The notes below the pieces were generated by a model. The model ran no database searches and had not been told where the DNA came from. It saw only the letters and a list, made by a program, of their open reading frames with translations. From positions 5,280 to 69,279 of the forward strand of contig NZ_CALEMI010000138.1 in NCBI RefSeq assembly GCF_937910895.1: 64,000 nucleotides of DNA. Direction: 5' to 3'. The translations under genes and the position numbers were made by a program. Positions 17,892 to 27,460 of this stretch are shown here, one piece after another (position 1 is the stretch's first letter; every line of letters starts with the position of its first letter). The DNA is from an uncultured Dokdonia sp. GTDB taxonomy: Bacteria; Bacteroidota; Bacteroidia; Flavobacteriales; Flavobacteriaceae.

Positions 17892-20711
17892 TTATGATAT
17901 TATCGCATGAAATGCGTTTTCAGCAAAACTTTTTATTTTTTCATTATCATCATCTAGTGATTTTTCTACAAGTAATAAGTAGGAGTTATCTGCCAATTGC
18001 TCAATTAAAAAAAGTACTGCTAGCTTAAGTTTTAAATCTCTACCTTTTAATATAGTTTCAAAACATTCAAATTCTGTATACCTATTTTTACTTATAGCTG
18101 CAATCACTTCCTCTGACGAGGTATCCAAGATGGTTAACTCTACGATAGGAATTAATCTATTTTTAAGATTAGGGTTTAGTATGATATCTAAAAACTCTAT
18201 AGCGTTGGTTCTCTTTTCTTGACTATCACTTAAAATCCCTTTATACGCTATCTGAATATCTTTTTCAGAATACTTGAGTTCCAAGAGTTTAAATATTCGT
18301 TCTAAACCAGCATCTACTCTACGTTCTAATAGCTCCATTAAACTTTCCCGTGCATTCAGTTCTTTATCAGATATGGATTGCTTACTCTTTTTACGCTTTA
18401 AATAATGCACAATAATCTGTGTATGCATAGAAACAAGAGTTTGATCATAAATCTTACATTCGTCAAGAATGAGTTGTGCTAATTTATTTTTATCAAAATA
18501 CAGTATGGGATTACTCGCTTTGAGTCTTAAAAGCCCCTGGATACATTTTAAACGGATGGTTAAATCGTCAGAAACCATAAAAACATCAAATAAGGTATCT
18601 ACTGCTTTTTGAGATTTAAAAGCTTCTATAACACTAGGGACGTTGCGTTTTATATCTATAGAAATATCTTTTTGATAGATTCTTTGATGAAGCACCGCAA
18701 TCATAGATGGACCGTAATTAACCAAAGCTTCTTGTACTGTTTCTCTGAGTATTTTGTTAGGAAGCAATTGTAATAAATGATTTGTAAAAAAATCATTTAA
18801 GGTATTCCCAGCCGCCTTTATAGCTGTTTTTTGGAGTATTAAATTTGATGAATCCATACCTCTTAGGATATATTCATATCTTTTTTTATAGTCTGCCCAT
18901 CCAATAATAGTAACCAATTCAATAAATTCTTTCTCTTGTTCTGTTTTAGGTAACGCTTCTATTTGGAAAGCTTTTTTTTCTATTCTTTTATAAAGTTCAT
19001 AGCGAGTTCTAAGAAGAGAGTTATCCCTAGATTCTTTGGCTAAGCAAATGAGAGCAGCACCAGATATGTATTCACTAGTGTCATCTAGATAGCTATCAAA
19101 GACAATAGACTCATCCCTATCTGCATGCAATAGTAAATATTCAAGGGCAGCCATGACAACATCATCATCTTTGGTTTTTAGCAAGGCTTGTACTTCAATA
19201 GCGATACTGCCTTCATTAAGATAAAATAAGTTTTGTAAAACTGCAGTTTTCACCACATTGGATGGGTGCTGTAATAAAGCACATATAGGTTCAATGAGTC
19301 TTTTATCATTTACTTCTCGAGCTTTTGTAAGCATAAAAAGAATTTCTTTCTCTTTGCCTTCGCGAAAAACACGTTCCATGCCTTTCAGAAAAGATTCCTT
19401 AGATATCGTTTTTTCTCTCTTTACAGGAATAGGATTGATTTGATCTAAATTTCTTCTGAAGGATAAAAAATACTCTTTCCGTACCTTTAAAATATAATAG
19501 CCCCAAATACAACTGAGCGCTATGATTAATAGCATAATGTAGTTTTCTGAAACATCTAATCCTTTGATTAGAAAAATAAGAATACAACCCGCTATTCCAG
19601 TCGCAATACTATCTACTACAACATCAATAAATGATTTTGTTTTTTTCTTAAGTTGAAAAGGTAATGGCAATGCGATCAGTTCCATTGCAGATTTATGTAC
19701 CGATTGTTTTAGGCTTCCATCTATAGCTTTCAATATAATAATGACCCATAATTCAGGAAAGGATAGAAACAAAAGTCCACCAAAAAAGATAAGAATAGGC
19801 AATAGTAAGAGGGAGAAACCAACACCCCAAATTCCAACAATTTTACGAGTTAAAAATAACTGTAGTGCTAATGAAATCACATTAAAAGTTGATAACCAAA
19901 ACCCAAAAAAAGCGGTTAAATCATCACTATCTGTAATTCTATTAGACGCAATAAAACTAAATTGATAATCTACTAGTTTCGCAATAACAACACCCACGGC
20001 AATAATAATCGCTAAATAGCTGAGGTGCTTTGATTTTCTTATAAGTCGTATTGGATTATCTGTGACGATATCTGTACGTTTTTTTCGTTTAAAACTGTTA
20101 AGTTGAGAAACGCGTACGTTCCAAAGTTTATTCAAAATTGGAAAGCATAATAAGAGTAAAAAAGCTGCTACAAAAATAAGGTTCTCATTTCCTATATATG
20201 GAGCCAGAAGTGATGTGAGATATCCTCCAAAAATACCTCCCATAATAGCACCAGCACCAATAAAACTAAATAATCGTTTTGCCTCTCTAATATTAAAAAC
20301 CAGATTTGCTAATACCCAAAATTGAGAAGTTGCTAGGACCGCATAGATCGCGACTCCTATATAAAATCCGTACAAAATCCATCCTTCAATGAGATTCAAA
20401 TGTAGTAACGTGCCTAATATAAGTAAGGCGATAAGTGAAAATATAAGTGTAAACTTAATAATGGGCAGAAGCGAAAAACGTTCCGTTATTCTTGCATAAA
20501 AATAAGAAGTAATCACTGCTGCAACAGCAACCATTAAATAACCAAACGGAAGATTTTCAACACCTAAGTCTGAAATAAAAAGTGCATTAACCGTAGGTTT
20601 AATAATGAGTAGTGTAGCAATAACCAAAAAAATATAGCCCTGCATTAAGAAAGCTACAGGAAGCTCACCTTCTCTAATGTCAAAAACCTTTTTAATTGTA
20701 TTTTTTAGCAT
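17892..20711 (-). CDS. Npt1/Npt2 (TLC ATP/ADP translocase-like) transporter with HEAT repeats
   Basis: About 12 TM N half with SQFWVLANLVFNIREAKRLF and KKKTKSFIDVVVD; helical-repeat C half. Confidence 0.85.
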   Translation of the reverse strand: MLKNTIKKVFDIREGELPVAFLMQGYIFLVIATLLIIKPTVNALFISDLGVENLPFGYLMVAVAAVITSYFYARITERFSLLPIIKFTLIFSLIALLILGTLLHLNLIEGWILYGFYIGVAIYAVLATSQFWVLANLVFNIREAKRLFSFIGAGAIMGGIFGGYLTSLLAPYIGNENLIFVAAFLLLLCFPILNKLWNVRVSQLNSFKRKKRTDIVTDNPIRLIRKSKHLSYLAIIIAVGVVIAKLVDYQFSFIASNRITDSDDLTAFFGFWLSTFNVISLALQLFLTRKIVGIWGVGFSLLLLPILIFFGGLLFLSFPELWVIIILKAIDGSLKQSVHKSAMELIALPLPFQLKKKTKSFIDVVVDSIATGIAGCILIFLIKGLDVSENYIMLLIIALSCIWGYYILKVRKEYFLSFRRNLDQINPIPVKREKTISKESFLKGMERVFREGKEKEILFMLTKAREVNDKRLIEPICALLQHPSNVVKTAVLQNLFYLNEGSIAIEVQALLKTKDDDVVMAALEYLLLHADRDESIVFDSYLDDTSEYISGAALICLAKESRDNSLLRTRYELYKRIEKKAFQIEALPKTEQEKEFIELVTIIGWADYKKRYEYILRGMDSSNLILQKTAIKAAGNTLNDFFTNHLLQLLPNKILRETVQEALVNYGPSMIAVLHQRIYQKDISIDIKRNVPSVIEAFKSQKAVDTLFDVFMVSDDLTIRLKCIQGLLRLKASNPILYFDKNKLAQLILDECKIYDQTLVSMHTQIIVHYLKRKKSKQSISDKELNARESLMELLERRVDAGLERIFKLLELKYSEKDIQIAYKGILSDSQEKRTNAIEFLDIILNPNLKNRLIPIVELTILDTSSEEVIAAISKNRYTEFECFETILKGRDLKLKLAVLFLIEQLADNSYLLLVEKSLDDDNEKIKSFAENAFHAIIS

Positions 20712-20715
20712 TTAT

Positions 20716-21726
20716 CTATTGGTCTAACAGATTCTTTATTGATTGTTCCATAGCTAGGTGCTGCATATCAGCTACAACATCAACCTCATCTATGATTTCA
20801 ACTTTTAATATTTCTTCTATAACATCTTCAAGAGTAACAATTCCAATAAATGTACTGTATAGATCATATACAAAAGCGATGTGTACTTTTTGGGTAATAA
20901 AATGATTCATTAAACCATCTAGTAACATGGTGTCTTTTATAGTAATAGGTTTAGATTTACTTAAAAAATCTTCTACTGTTTTATTTTTATCAACGATGCC
21001 TATGAGATCTTTAGAATAGAGTATTCCTATCAACTTGTCTTCAACACCGCTATACACCGGGATTCGTGTAAATCCTTTATCTCTGATCTCTAATAACTTC
21101 TCTTGGGTTAGGATGGTGCTTTTTTCTAAGGTGTATAAAACGGGTTTTGGAGTCATTACTTTTTTCACACTCACCTCAGAAAAAGAAAGTGCTCCTATGA
21201 GAATACGCTCTTCATCTTTATCAATATCTGAGTTTTCATTGTTCTCGTGGTGCTTAATGATTTCTTTGATTTCTCTTTTACTCCAGATGGTTTGTATTTC
21301 TTCTCCAAGTAACTTATCTAAAATCCAAGATAAGGGATATGCAATAGGATACATTAAAAAAATAAAAGTCTTCACCAGCCAAACTGATTTGGCTCCTAAA
21401 GTCAACGCATATCTTGAGAAAAAAGCTTGCGGTAAGATTTCTCCAAATATCACAATAAGTACTGTAGACACAATACCAGCGACTAATCCACTCGCTATTT
21501 CTCCAAGAAATATAGCAGCCGCAGCATTTACTGCTACATTTCCTATAAGTAGTGTACATAATAGTAAATTTCCACGTTTACGAATGGGATATACCTTTGC
21601 TGCTCTGGCATCACCCAATTTCATTTTTCGCTCTAAAGAAGTCACATTAAGGCTAAAAAAACCTAATGTGAGTCCACTAAAACAAGCTGATAAAATGATT
21701 AAACTGGTTACTATTATGTATTGCAT
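20716..21726 (-). CDS. CNNM/CorC-like DUF21 + CBS domain protein
   Basis: SACFSGL, LLCTLLIGN, FGEILPQA, TRIPVY, VTLEDVIEEI. Confidence 0.9.
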   Translation of the reverse strand: MQYIIVTSLIILSACFSGLTLGFFSLNVTSLERKMKLGDARAAKVYPIRKRGNLLLCTLLIGNVAVNAAAAIFLGEIASGLVAGIVSTVLIVIFGEILPQAFFSRYALTLGAKSVWLVKTFIFLMYPIAYPLSWILDKLLGEEIQTIWSKREIKEIIKHHENNENSDIDKDEERILIGALSFSEVSVKKVMTPKPVLYTLEKSTILTQEKLLEIRDKGFTRIPVYSGVEDKLIGILYSKDLIGIVDKNKTVEDFLSKSKPITIKDTMLLDGLMNHFITQKVHIAFVYDLYSTFIGIVTLEDVIEEILKVEIIDEVDVVADMQHLAMEQSIKNLLDQ

Positions 21727-21732
21727 ATTAAA

Positions 21733-22632
21733 TTAAATTATAACTCTTTTCTTGCTTAGAACTTCTTCTATAGGTTGTACAAGATTTCTAATAATCTGTT
21801 CTCCATTACCGTTATCTATCAAAGCAACTAAAATATATCTTCTTGAAGGATTTCCCCATACCAATACAGAATCTGAATGATAGGTACTCCAAGAACCTGA
21901 TTTTCTGAACAAACGTGCATTAGGCGCAATTTTATCCAATGTATTTACAAATTTATGATGTAATGCCGGATCTTCCATAATATCTAGCATTTGTTGTGAA
22001 CGATCTTCTGTTACTAGTTTCCCTTGTGCTAACAAATAGTAAAATCTACATACCTGCGTTACTGTTGCTGCATGGCTTAAATTTTTTAAAGGATCTCTAT
22101 TCACAGCTCCTCCAGAGCCATATCGTTTTCCTACCCATAAACCACCTCCTAACTCCTCATCATAGAGGCTATAGCGATCACTTGTTAAAACAGCTTCTAT
22201 TTTATCATACCCCAAACGATCAATCATTCTCGTTGTAGCTTGATTATTAGATTTACTGATCATTAACTTCATATCATTTTTTATTTCTGAAGTTTCTACA
22301 AGTTCCCCTTTTTCTATAGCATCCATCGCAGCGAGTAATACTGCAATTTTTGGTAAACTAGCCGCATACATCATGTGATTACCATTAACTCGGGCAAATC
22401 GAATATTATTTACATCCGATAAATCAACAACACCTATCGCCATCTTTTTTTGATCAACGAGCTTTTTCCATTTTGGATTGTTACGTACCATACGTGTTAA
22501 ATCCTTCTGAAGAGAAACATCTATAAGCTCTCTTAAAGGCGTGTTATCATTGGGAATAACCACTGGCAAATCTTGCGCATGATTAAGTTGATAAAAAAAG
22601 AATGCAAAAACAAAAACACAAATTTTTTTCAT
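21733..22632 (-). CDS. serine hydrolase, class A beta-lactamase-like fold
   Basis: Signal peptide; SLPK, SNN, KSG. Confidence 0.85.
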   Translation of the reverse strand: MKKICVFVFAFFFYQLNHAQDLPVVIPNDNTPLRELIDVSLQKDLTRMVRNNPKWKKLVDQKKMAIGVVDLSDVNNIRFARVNGNHMMYAASLPKIAVLLAAMDAIEKGELVETSEIKNDMKLMISKSNNQATTRMIDRLGYDKIEAVLTSDRYSLYDEELGGGLWVGKRYGSGGAVNRDPLKNLSHAATVTQVCRFYYLLAQGKLVTEDRSQQMLDIMEDPALHHKFVNTLDKIAPNARLFRKSGSWSTYHSDSVLVWGNPSRRYILVALIDNGNGEQIIRNLVQPIEEVLSKKRVII

Positions 22633-22659
22633 AAATTTTAGGATTAAATAGTATCATAT

Positions 22660-22687
22660 TAAGACCCATACAACAGAAATACGTCAC
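22660..22687 (-). promoter_or_regulatory. putative ECF-sigma promoter, site 5
   Basis: GTGAC-N17-GTCTTA, 28 bp before the 22632 start. Confidence 0.7.
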
Positions 22688-22801
22688 TATTATTATATAA
22701 TTATTTTAAAATATTTTATATAATTATGCTTTTGATTATCAGCATTTTAAATTGATTATTTTATAAATCTACACGAGTATGGTTCTTATGTTGCTACATA
22801 C

Positions 22802-22815
22802 GCTTTCGCGAAAGC
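22802..22815. repeat. palindrome copy 5 (intergenic)
   Basis: Perfect 14-mer. Confidence 0.9.
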
Positions 22816-22922
22816 GGAATTACCCCTACTAAAATTTGAAATATTAAAAAAATAACTCAAACAAATGAATTATTAAAATGAGCTAACATATCTCTAAAAA
22901 AGAAATGTATACTATGTTTATC

Positions 22923-23882
22923 TCACTCTTTTATAAACTGAATGATGTAGGCGATAAGAATACTTACAACGAGACCAATATTTACTTTTGCGAGATCTTT
23001 AATAATTACTTTATACGAATATTTGAGTTGGTCAGATTTTAAAAGATAATTAATCGCGAGTTCACGACCTGCTAAAATGCCTATAAACGTCCAAGTAGTA
23101 CTCATAGGAATTGAACTCAGTGTACCCAAAAAATATAATAAGATTCCATAGATAAAGTCAATAATGGTAGCCGATCGTATGTTGGTTGTATTGGATTTTT
23201 TGGTTACGATATCTTGAATTTTACCTCCTTTATTTTTGAAGATATACATCATAATAAGAAGTATAATCCCTAATGAAACAAGTAATTCTTGAAGTGATAA
23301 AGCTCTAGGTAAAAACACATAAATATTTGCAAAATCTTGGATCAACCACTGAGACCACAAAAAGCCTGTAGAGACCCATTGTGCTACTAACCAATACTTT
23401 TTTTGATCCTTTTTTTCATTTTCAAGACGTTCCAAGCTTCGTTTAGATTCAAATTTTCTAGCGATGATATAGTATATAATAATTGCTGATGTAAAAGCTA
23501 ATGCGTATCCCAATACTGATTTTAAAATCATTTTTTCAATAATAACACTTGAGGAGAATAAGCTCAATATCATAAATGTAGTACTTACAGGAATTCCTAA
23601 TCTCGTAATAATTAATAATGATAATGGCGCTAGTAAATACCACCATTGGAGGTTTTCTGGGAGCGGTATTTTACCGAGTCTTCCGTAGGAAACATCGCCC
23701 CCATTATGATACCAACCATAGAATAATGTTGCTGTAAGAATCGTAGCTGCAAACGCCCAGAGCACCCACCATTTCTTTTTACTATTTGAGGCTAGAAAAG
23801 TCCCTAAGGTTTGTATCACATCATTTGCAATAACAGCATAAGCAGTAATAATAAATCCTAGGTATATAATTATATTGCTCAT
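22923..23882 (-). CDS. membrane transporter with PiT/PHO4-like repeated motifs
   Basis: ANDVIQT..GIPVSTT in the N half, QDFAN..SIPMSTT in the C half; about 9 TM. Confidence 0.65.
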   Translation of the reverse strand: MSNIIIYLGFIITAYAVIANDVIQTLGTFLASNSKKKWWVLWAFAATILTATLFYGWYHNGGDVSYGRLGKIPLPENLQWWYLLAPLSLLIITRLGIPVSTTFMILSLFSSSVIIEKMILKSVLGYALAFTSAIIIYYIIARKFESKRSLERLENEKKDQKKYWLVAQWVSTGFLWSQWLIQDFANIYVFLPRALSLQELLVSLGIILLIMMYIFKNKGGKIQDIVTKKSNTTNIRSATIIDFIYGILLYFLGTLSSIPMSTTWTFIGILAGRELAINYLLKSDQLKYSYKVIIKDLAKVNIGLVVSILIAYIIQFIKE

Positions 23883-24949
23883 TATGATTCTGCTATGGCT
23901 CCTAAGCCAGCTGCTTCACTTGGATATAAAATACCTTTGTCTAATTTGAACAAGCCCTTAAAAGGATCTGCGATCATATCTAAATGACCATCTAGGTCTG
24001 CAAACTTGATGTTTTGTCTTGATAATGCAAAGTGTAAGCCTGCAGAAATTCCTAATCTACACTCATCTATACAGCCTACCATCACCTCTAGTCCCGCAGA
24101 TTGTGCCACAGAGTTAATGTGCATGGCTTCTCGAATACCGCCTACTTTCATAATTTTTATATTGATCATATCAATACGTTCATTTTGAGCCAAGCGGAAA
24201 GTATCTTTTAATGTTTTAATACTTTCGTCTGCCATTACAGGAATATCTGTTCCTTCGGTTACTTGCCCTAAAAGTTCATCCATTCCTTCTTTGGTAGGTT
24301 GTTCAAAAATCTCAATACCTACCTTTTTTGTTCGCTCAAAAAAAGAAATTGCTTCCTTTACGTTGTATCCTTGATTTCCGTCAAAACGTAATTGCGTGCT
24401 TGGGAACATTTCGCGTAAGCGTACCATCTTTTCTACATCTTCATCCAGAGACAGTCCGCCTTTTATTTTTAGAATAAAAAAGCCTTCTTTTACATAGCCT
24501 TGTGCGATACGTAATGTTTCTTCTATAGGCAAAATACCTATCGTAATACTGGTAGGAATGCTATGACGATAACCACCCAAGAACTTATACATAGGTGTTT
24601 CTAGCTTTCTAGCAACAAGATCTAGAAGCGCGATGTCTACCATTGCCAATGCAGAAGATTTCCTTTTTAACAACAACTTCAGGCCTTGCAATATTTCTGA
24701 ACTCATATAGGCATTTCTTCCTTTTAAAAAAGGAATGATAATATCTTTGATATCTTTTTCTACCTCATCTGGCAACTCTCCCGTAACTACTAGATCTGGT
24801 GCCGCACACCCATAGCCCACAAATCCTGTAGCTGTTTCAATTTTAAGAATAAAATTGACTGCCTTATCAATGGTTTCATAAGCAATAGTATACGGATCAG
24901 ATAGTTTTAAATCAAGACGTTCATAAGAGACGTTTGTAATATGCATCAT
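23882..24949 (-). CDS. enolase-superfamily dipeptide epimerase / DgcA-like racemase
   Basis: KIK, FDGNQG, FEQP, MADES, NIKIMKVGG, DLDG motifs. Confidence 0.88.
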   Translation of the reverse strand: MMHITNVSYERLDLKLSDPYTIAYETIDKAVNFILKIETATGFVGYGCAAPDLVVTGELPDEVEKDIKDIIIPFLKGRNAYMSSEILQGLKLLLKRKSSALAMVDIALLDLVARKLETPMYKFLGGYRHSIPTSITIGILPIEETLRIAQGYVKEGFFILKIKGGLSLDEDVEKMVRLREMFPSTQLRFDGNQGYNVKEAISFFERTKKVGIEIFEQPTKEGMDELLGQVTEGTDIPVMADESIKTLKDTFRLAQNERIDMINIKIMKVGGIREAMHINSVAQSAGLEVMVGCIDECRLGISAGLHFALSRQNIKFADLDGHLDMIADPFKGLFKLDKGILYPSEAAGLGAIAES

Positions 24950-26016
24950 AGTTTTGCATCTATTAATTTCACCAATTTATCTGCTCCGTGTGCTAGCACA
25001 TCAAAAGCAGGTAATCCTGTGAGCTCAGTAATAGCTTTACATGCAGGTAAAATCTCTTCTGTTTTCATCCCCTCGTGATTTATGGTAATCGCCATGACCT
25101 TCACTCCCGAAATAGTTTCAATCGCTTGAATTTGCTTTTTTAACGAGTGTAGTTTATAGCCAGGGAAACCATCATATTCTTTACGCATAGGTGCGTGTTG
25201 TAATATCACAAAGTCAGGACGACCCGCAGCAAGAATTTCAAAACCACCTGGATAGGCAGGATTCATTAAACTCCCCTGTCCCTCAATTACAATCACATCT
25301 GGTTCTTCATGTTTGTAGGCACTTACTACGGCATGCTCAATCTCTCCAGACACAAAATCATTAATACAACTATCCATAATCATACTGTATTTTGCACCTT
25401 GCATCCATGCCGTTTGTCCTGTGCCAATCATCTCTGCACGACGACTAATCTTTTCTAAACCTTGCACTATCAGCCAAGCTGTTGTACGTTTCCCAATAGC
25501 AGAATCTGTACCTAAGACAGCCAATTTTAAGCAGTCTACGCTTTCTATATCTCCAGAAAAAAAGTGTAAGGTGTCTCTATCTGGTGTTTTACGAACGTCA
25601 CGAATACGGCAACCATGCTTTTTGGCTAGATCGACTAATGCGTCATCATTTGTTAAAAAATCGTGCAAGCCACTATCTACATTCCATCCTAATGTGAGCG
25701 CTTTCTTTATAGAAACTTTTGCAGTATCAGGTAGTCTTCCACCATCTGGCGCTAAACCTATCACTAGAGATTTTGGCATACTTCCTATCTCTTTTAATTC
25801 TTTGACAGCAACTTCTATACTTTTAAATATGGGAATTCCATTATTTTTTCCATCAAGAACTTTTCCTGCATCTTTTCCTTCATAAGTAGCATCTATCACG
25901 CCTACAATATCGTAACGACCCGTAAAGCGTACAAGTCCGTGTGCTGTTTTTCCGTTAGGAGTATTAAAGGCACCGTCACAATATACTAATGCTTTCCCGT
26001 CTATCTTTTTTTTCAT
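24946..26016 (-). CDS. DUF1611 protein, DgcN-like D-glutamate N-acetyltransferase
   Basis: TPNGKTAHGL, VDSGLHDFL, GTDSAIGKRTT, GTGQT, IEGQGSL motifs. Confidence 0.85.
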   Translation of the reverse strand: MKKKIDGKALVYCDGAFNTPNGKTAHGLVRFTGRYDIVGVIDATYEGKDAGKVLDGKNNGIPIFKSIEVAVKELKEIGSMPKSLVIGLAPDGGRLPDTAKVSIKKALTLGWNVDSGLHDFLTNDDALVDLAKKHGCRIRDVRKTPDRDTLHFFSGDIESVDCLKLAVLGTDSAIGKRTTAWLIVQGLEKISRRAEMIGTGQTAWMQGAKYSMIMDSCINDFVSGEIEHAVVSAYKHEEPDVIVIEGQGSLMNPAYPGGFEILAAGRPDFVILQHAPMRKEYDGFPGYKLHSLKKQIQAIETISGVKVMAITINHEGMKTEEILPACKAITELTGLPAFDVLAHGADKLVKLIDAKL

Positions 26017-26021
26017 GTTGT

Positions 26022-27083
26022 TTAATTTTTTGCTGTTAGGATCGCTACAAAGCGATCTGCTTCAAAGTTGAGTTTTTCATCAAGCTCTAAGAGCCCGATA
26101 AGTCCTGCGGTGGAGGCAGGTAATATTTTAAGCCCCTCTTTTTTAAGGAGGAAGGCTGCCATTTCTTTTAATTTTTTATCACTTACGTGAAAGGCTTCTC
26201 CGTCAGATTCCCGAATGGCGTAAAGTGCGTCGTCCCCATCAAAGCTATGCCAGTTAATGAGTGGCTCATTGTATTTTGTCTCTTTGATATCTTCTGGGTT
26301 AAGGTCTTTACATTTTTTTAATCCTTCCTTAAAAGAGCTTATGATTGGGTTTTTACGTGTAGAAGATGCTGCAATCATTTTAGGAATACGTGAAGTCTTC
26401 CCTCGTTTGTAAAGAGATACAAAACCTCTGTAAACTCCTGCAAATAAAGTTCCATTAGAAACAGGGATGGCACAGTATTTAGGTGCATCTCCAAGATCTT
26501 CTACAATCTCATTTGCTATTTGAGAGTAGGCACTAATTTGCAAAGGCGTATTCGCACCTCCAGGATTGGCATCATACCAGTCATACTCAAAGGCATAGTC
26601 TGTACTTGACTTAACCACATCTTCATAACTTCCTTCTAATCGGATGATCTCTGCTTGAAGTGCTTCCATCTCCTTGATACGTTCTGTATGGTACGATTCA
26701 GGTATGAAAATTTTACACTGTAACCCTGCAAGATTTGCGGCAAGCGCTACAGCCACACCATAATTACCACACGTAGCAAGGGATACAGTATCATAATCTC
26801 TACGCAAGGCATCATATACTTGTGCAAAGGCAATACGGTCTTTTTGAGTTCCTGTTGGGTTATCTCCTTCATACTTAATATATAGTTGGCGGATATCAAA
26901 TTCACGCTCTATGGTTTTAGCACGTGTTAATCCTGTATCCCCCACTTCTATATTAATAATATCTTCAAAACTTTCTAAACGATCATTAAGCGACTTCGTT
27001 TTATCTTTTACAAAATCACTTAATATTCTTGTTTCTGATGATACTTTAATCTCAGCATTCTTTACTCCATCTCGTAATAACAT
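26022..27083 (-). CDS. PLP-dependent fold-type II enzyme, threonine-synthase-like
   Basis: EGDNPTGTQKDR (PLP lysine), TCGNYG, PVSNGT, STAG. Confidence 0.85.
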   Translation of the reverse strand: MLLRDGVKNAEIKVSSETRILSDFVKDKTKSLNDRLESFEDIINIEVGDTGLTRAKTIEREFDIRQLYIKYEGDNPTGTQKDRIAFAQVYDALRRDYDTVSLATCGNYGVAVALAANLAGLQCKIFIPESYHTERIKEMEALQAEIIRLEGSYEDVVKSSTDYAFEYDWYDANPGGANTPLQISAYSQIANEIVEDLGDAPKYCAIPVSNGTLFAGVYRGFVSLYKRGKTSRIPKMIAASSTRKNPIISSFKEGLKKCKDLNPEDIKETKYNEPLINWHSFDGDDALYAIRESDGEAFHVSDKKLKEMAAFLLKKEGLKILPASTAGLIGLLELDEKLNFEADRFVAILTAKN

Positions 27084-27119
27084 AGTGGCATATCGAGATT
27101 ATTAATTCTCTCTTAACAT

Positions 27120-27146
27120 TAAGACACATAAAAAAAAATAGGTCAC
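27120..27146 (-). promoter_or_regulatory. putative ECF-sigma promoter, site 6
   Basis: GTGAC-N16-GTCTTA, 37 bp before the 27083 start. Confidence 0.65.
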
Positions 27147-27460
27147 ATTCATTTTTCTATAAACTCTTTCTAAATTCAATAATGATCATCAGCATGTTTT
27201 ATCTATCTTCTGTCTGCCTTGTAAAAGATACAACGAGAACTTATATATTTTGTAAAACAAGGCTTTACTACTAGAATCCTTACTATCTCCTATGCCTCTT
27301 TTAAAAAGTGTAGACATTATATTGTATAACTTTTACGACTGTAAAAATATCTGTTGTGTATACTGAATTTAAATACCTTTGATATGATAAATCTTTATAT
27401 ATTATACAATGTTATACTTTGTGCAAAAAACTAGGGTACTAATTCTCAAAAACGTTACTG

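Noticed and set aside
19358-19366. TTCGCGAA core in the NTT gene as another palindrome copy
   Set aside because: Only the 8-bp core matches; flanks differ.
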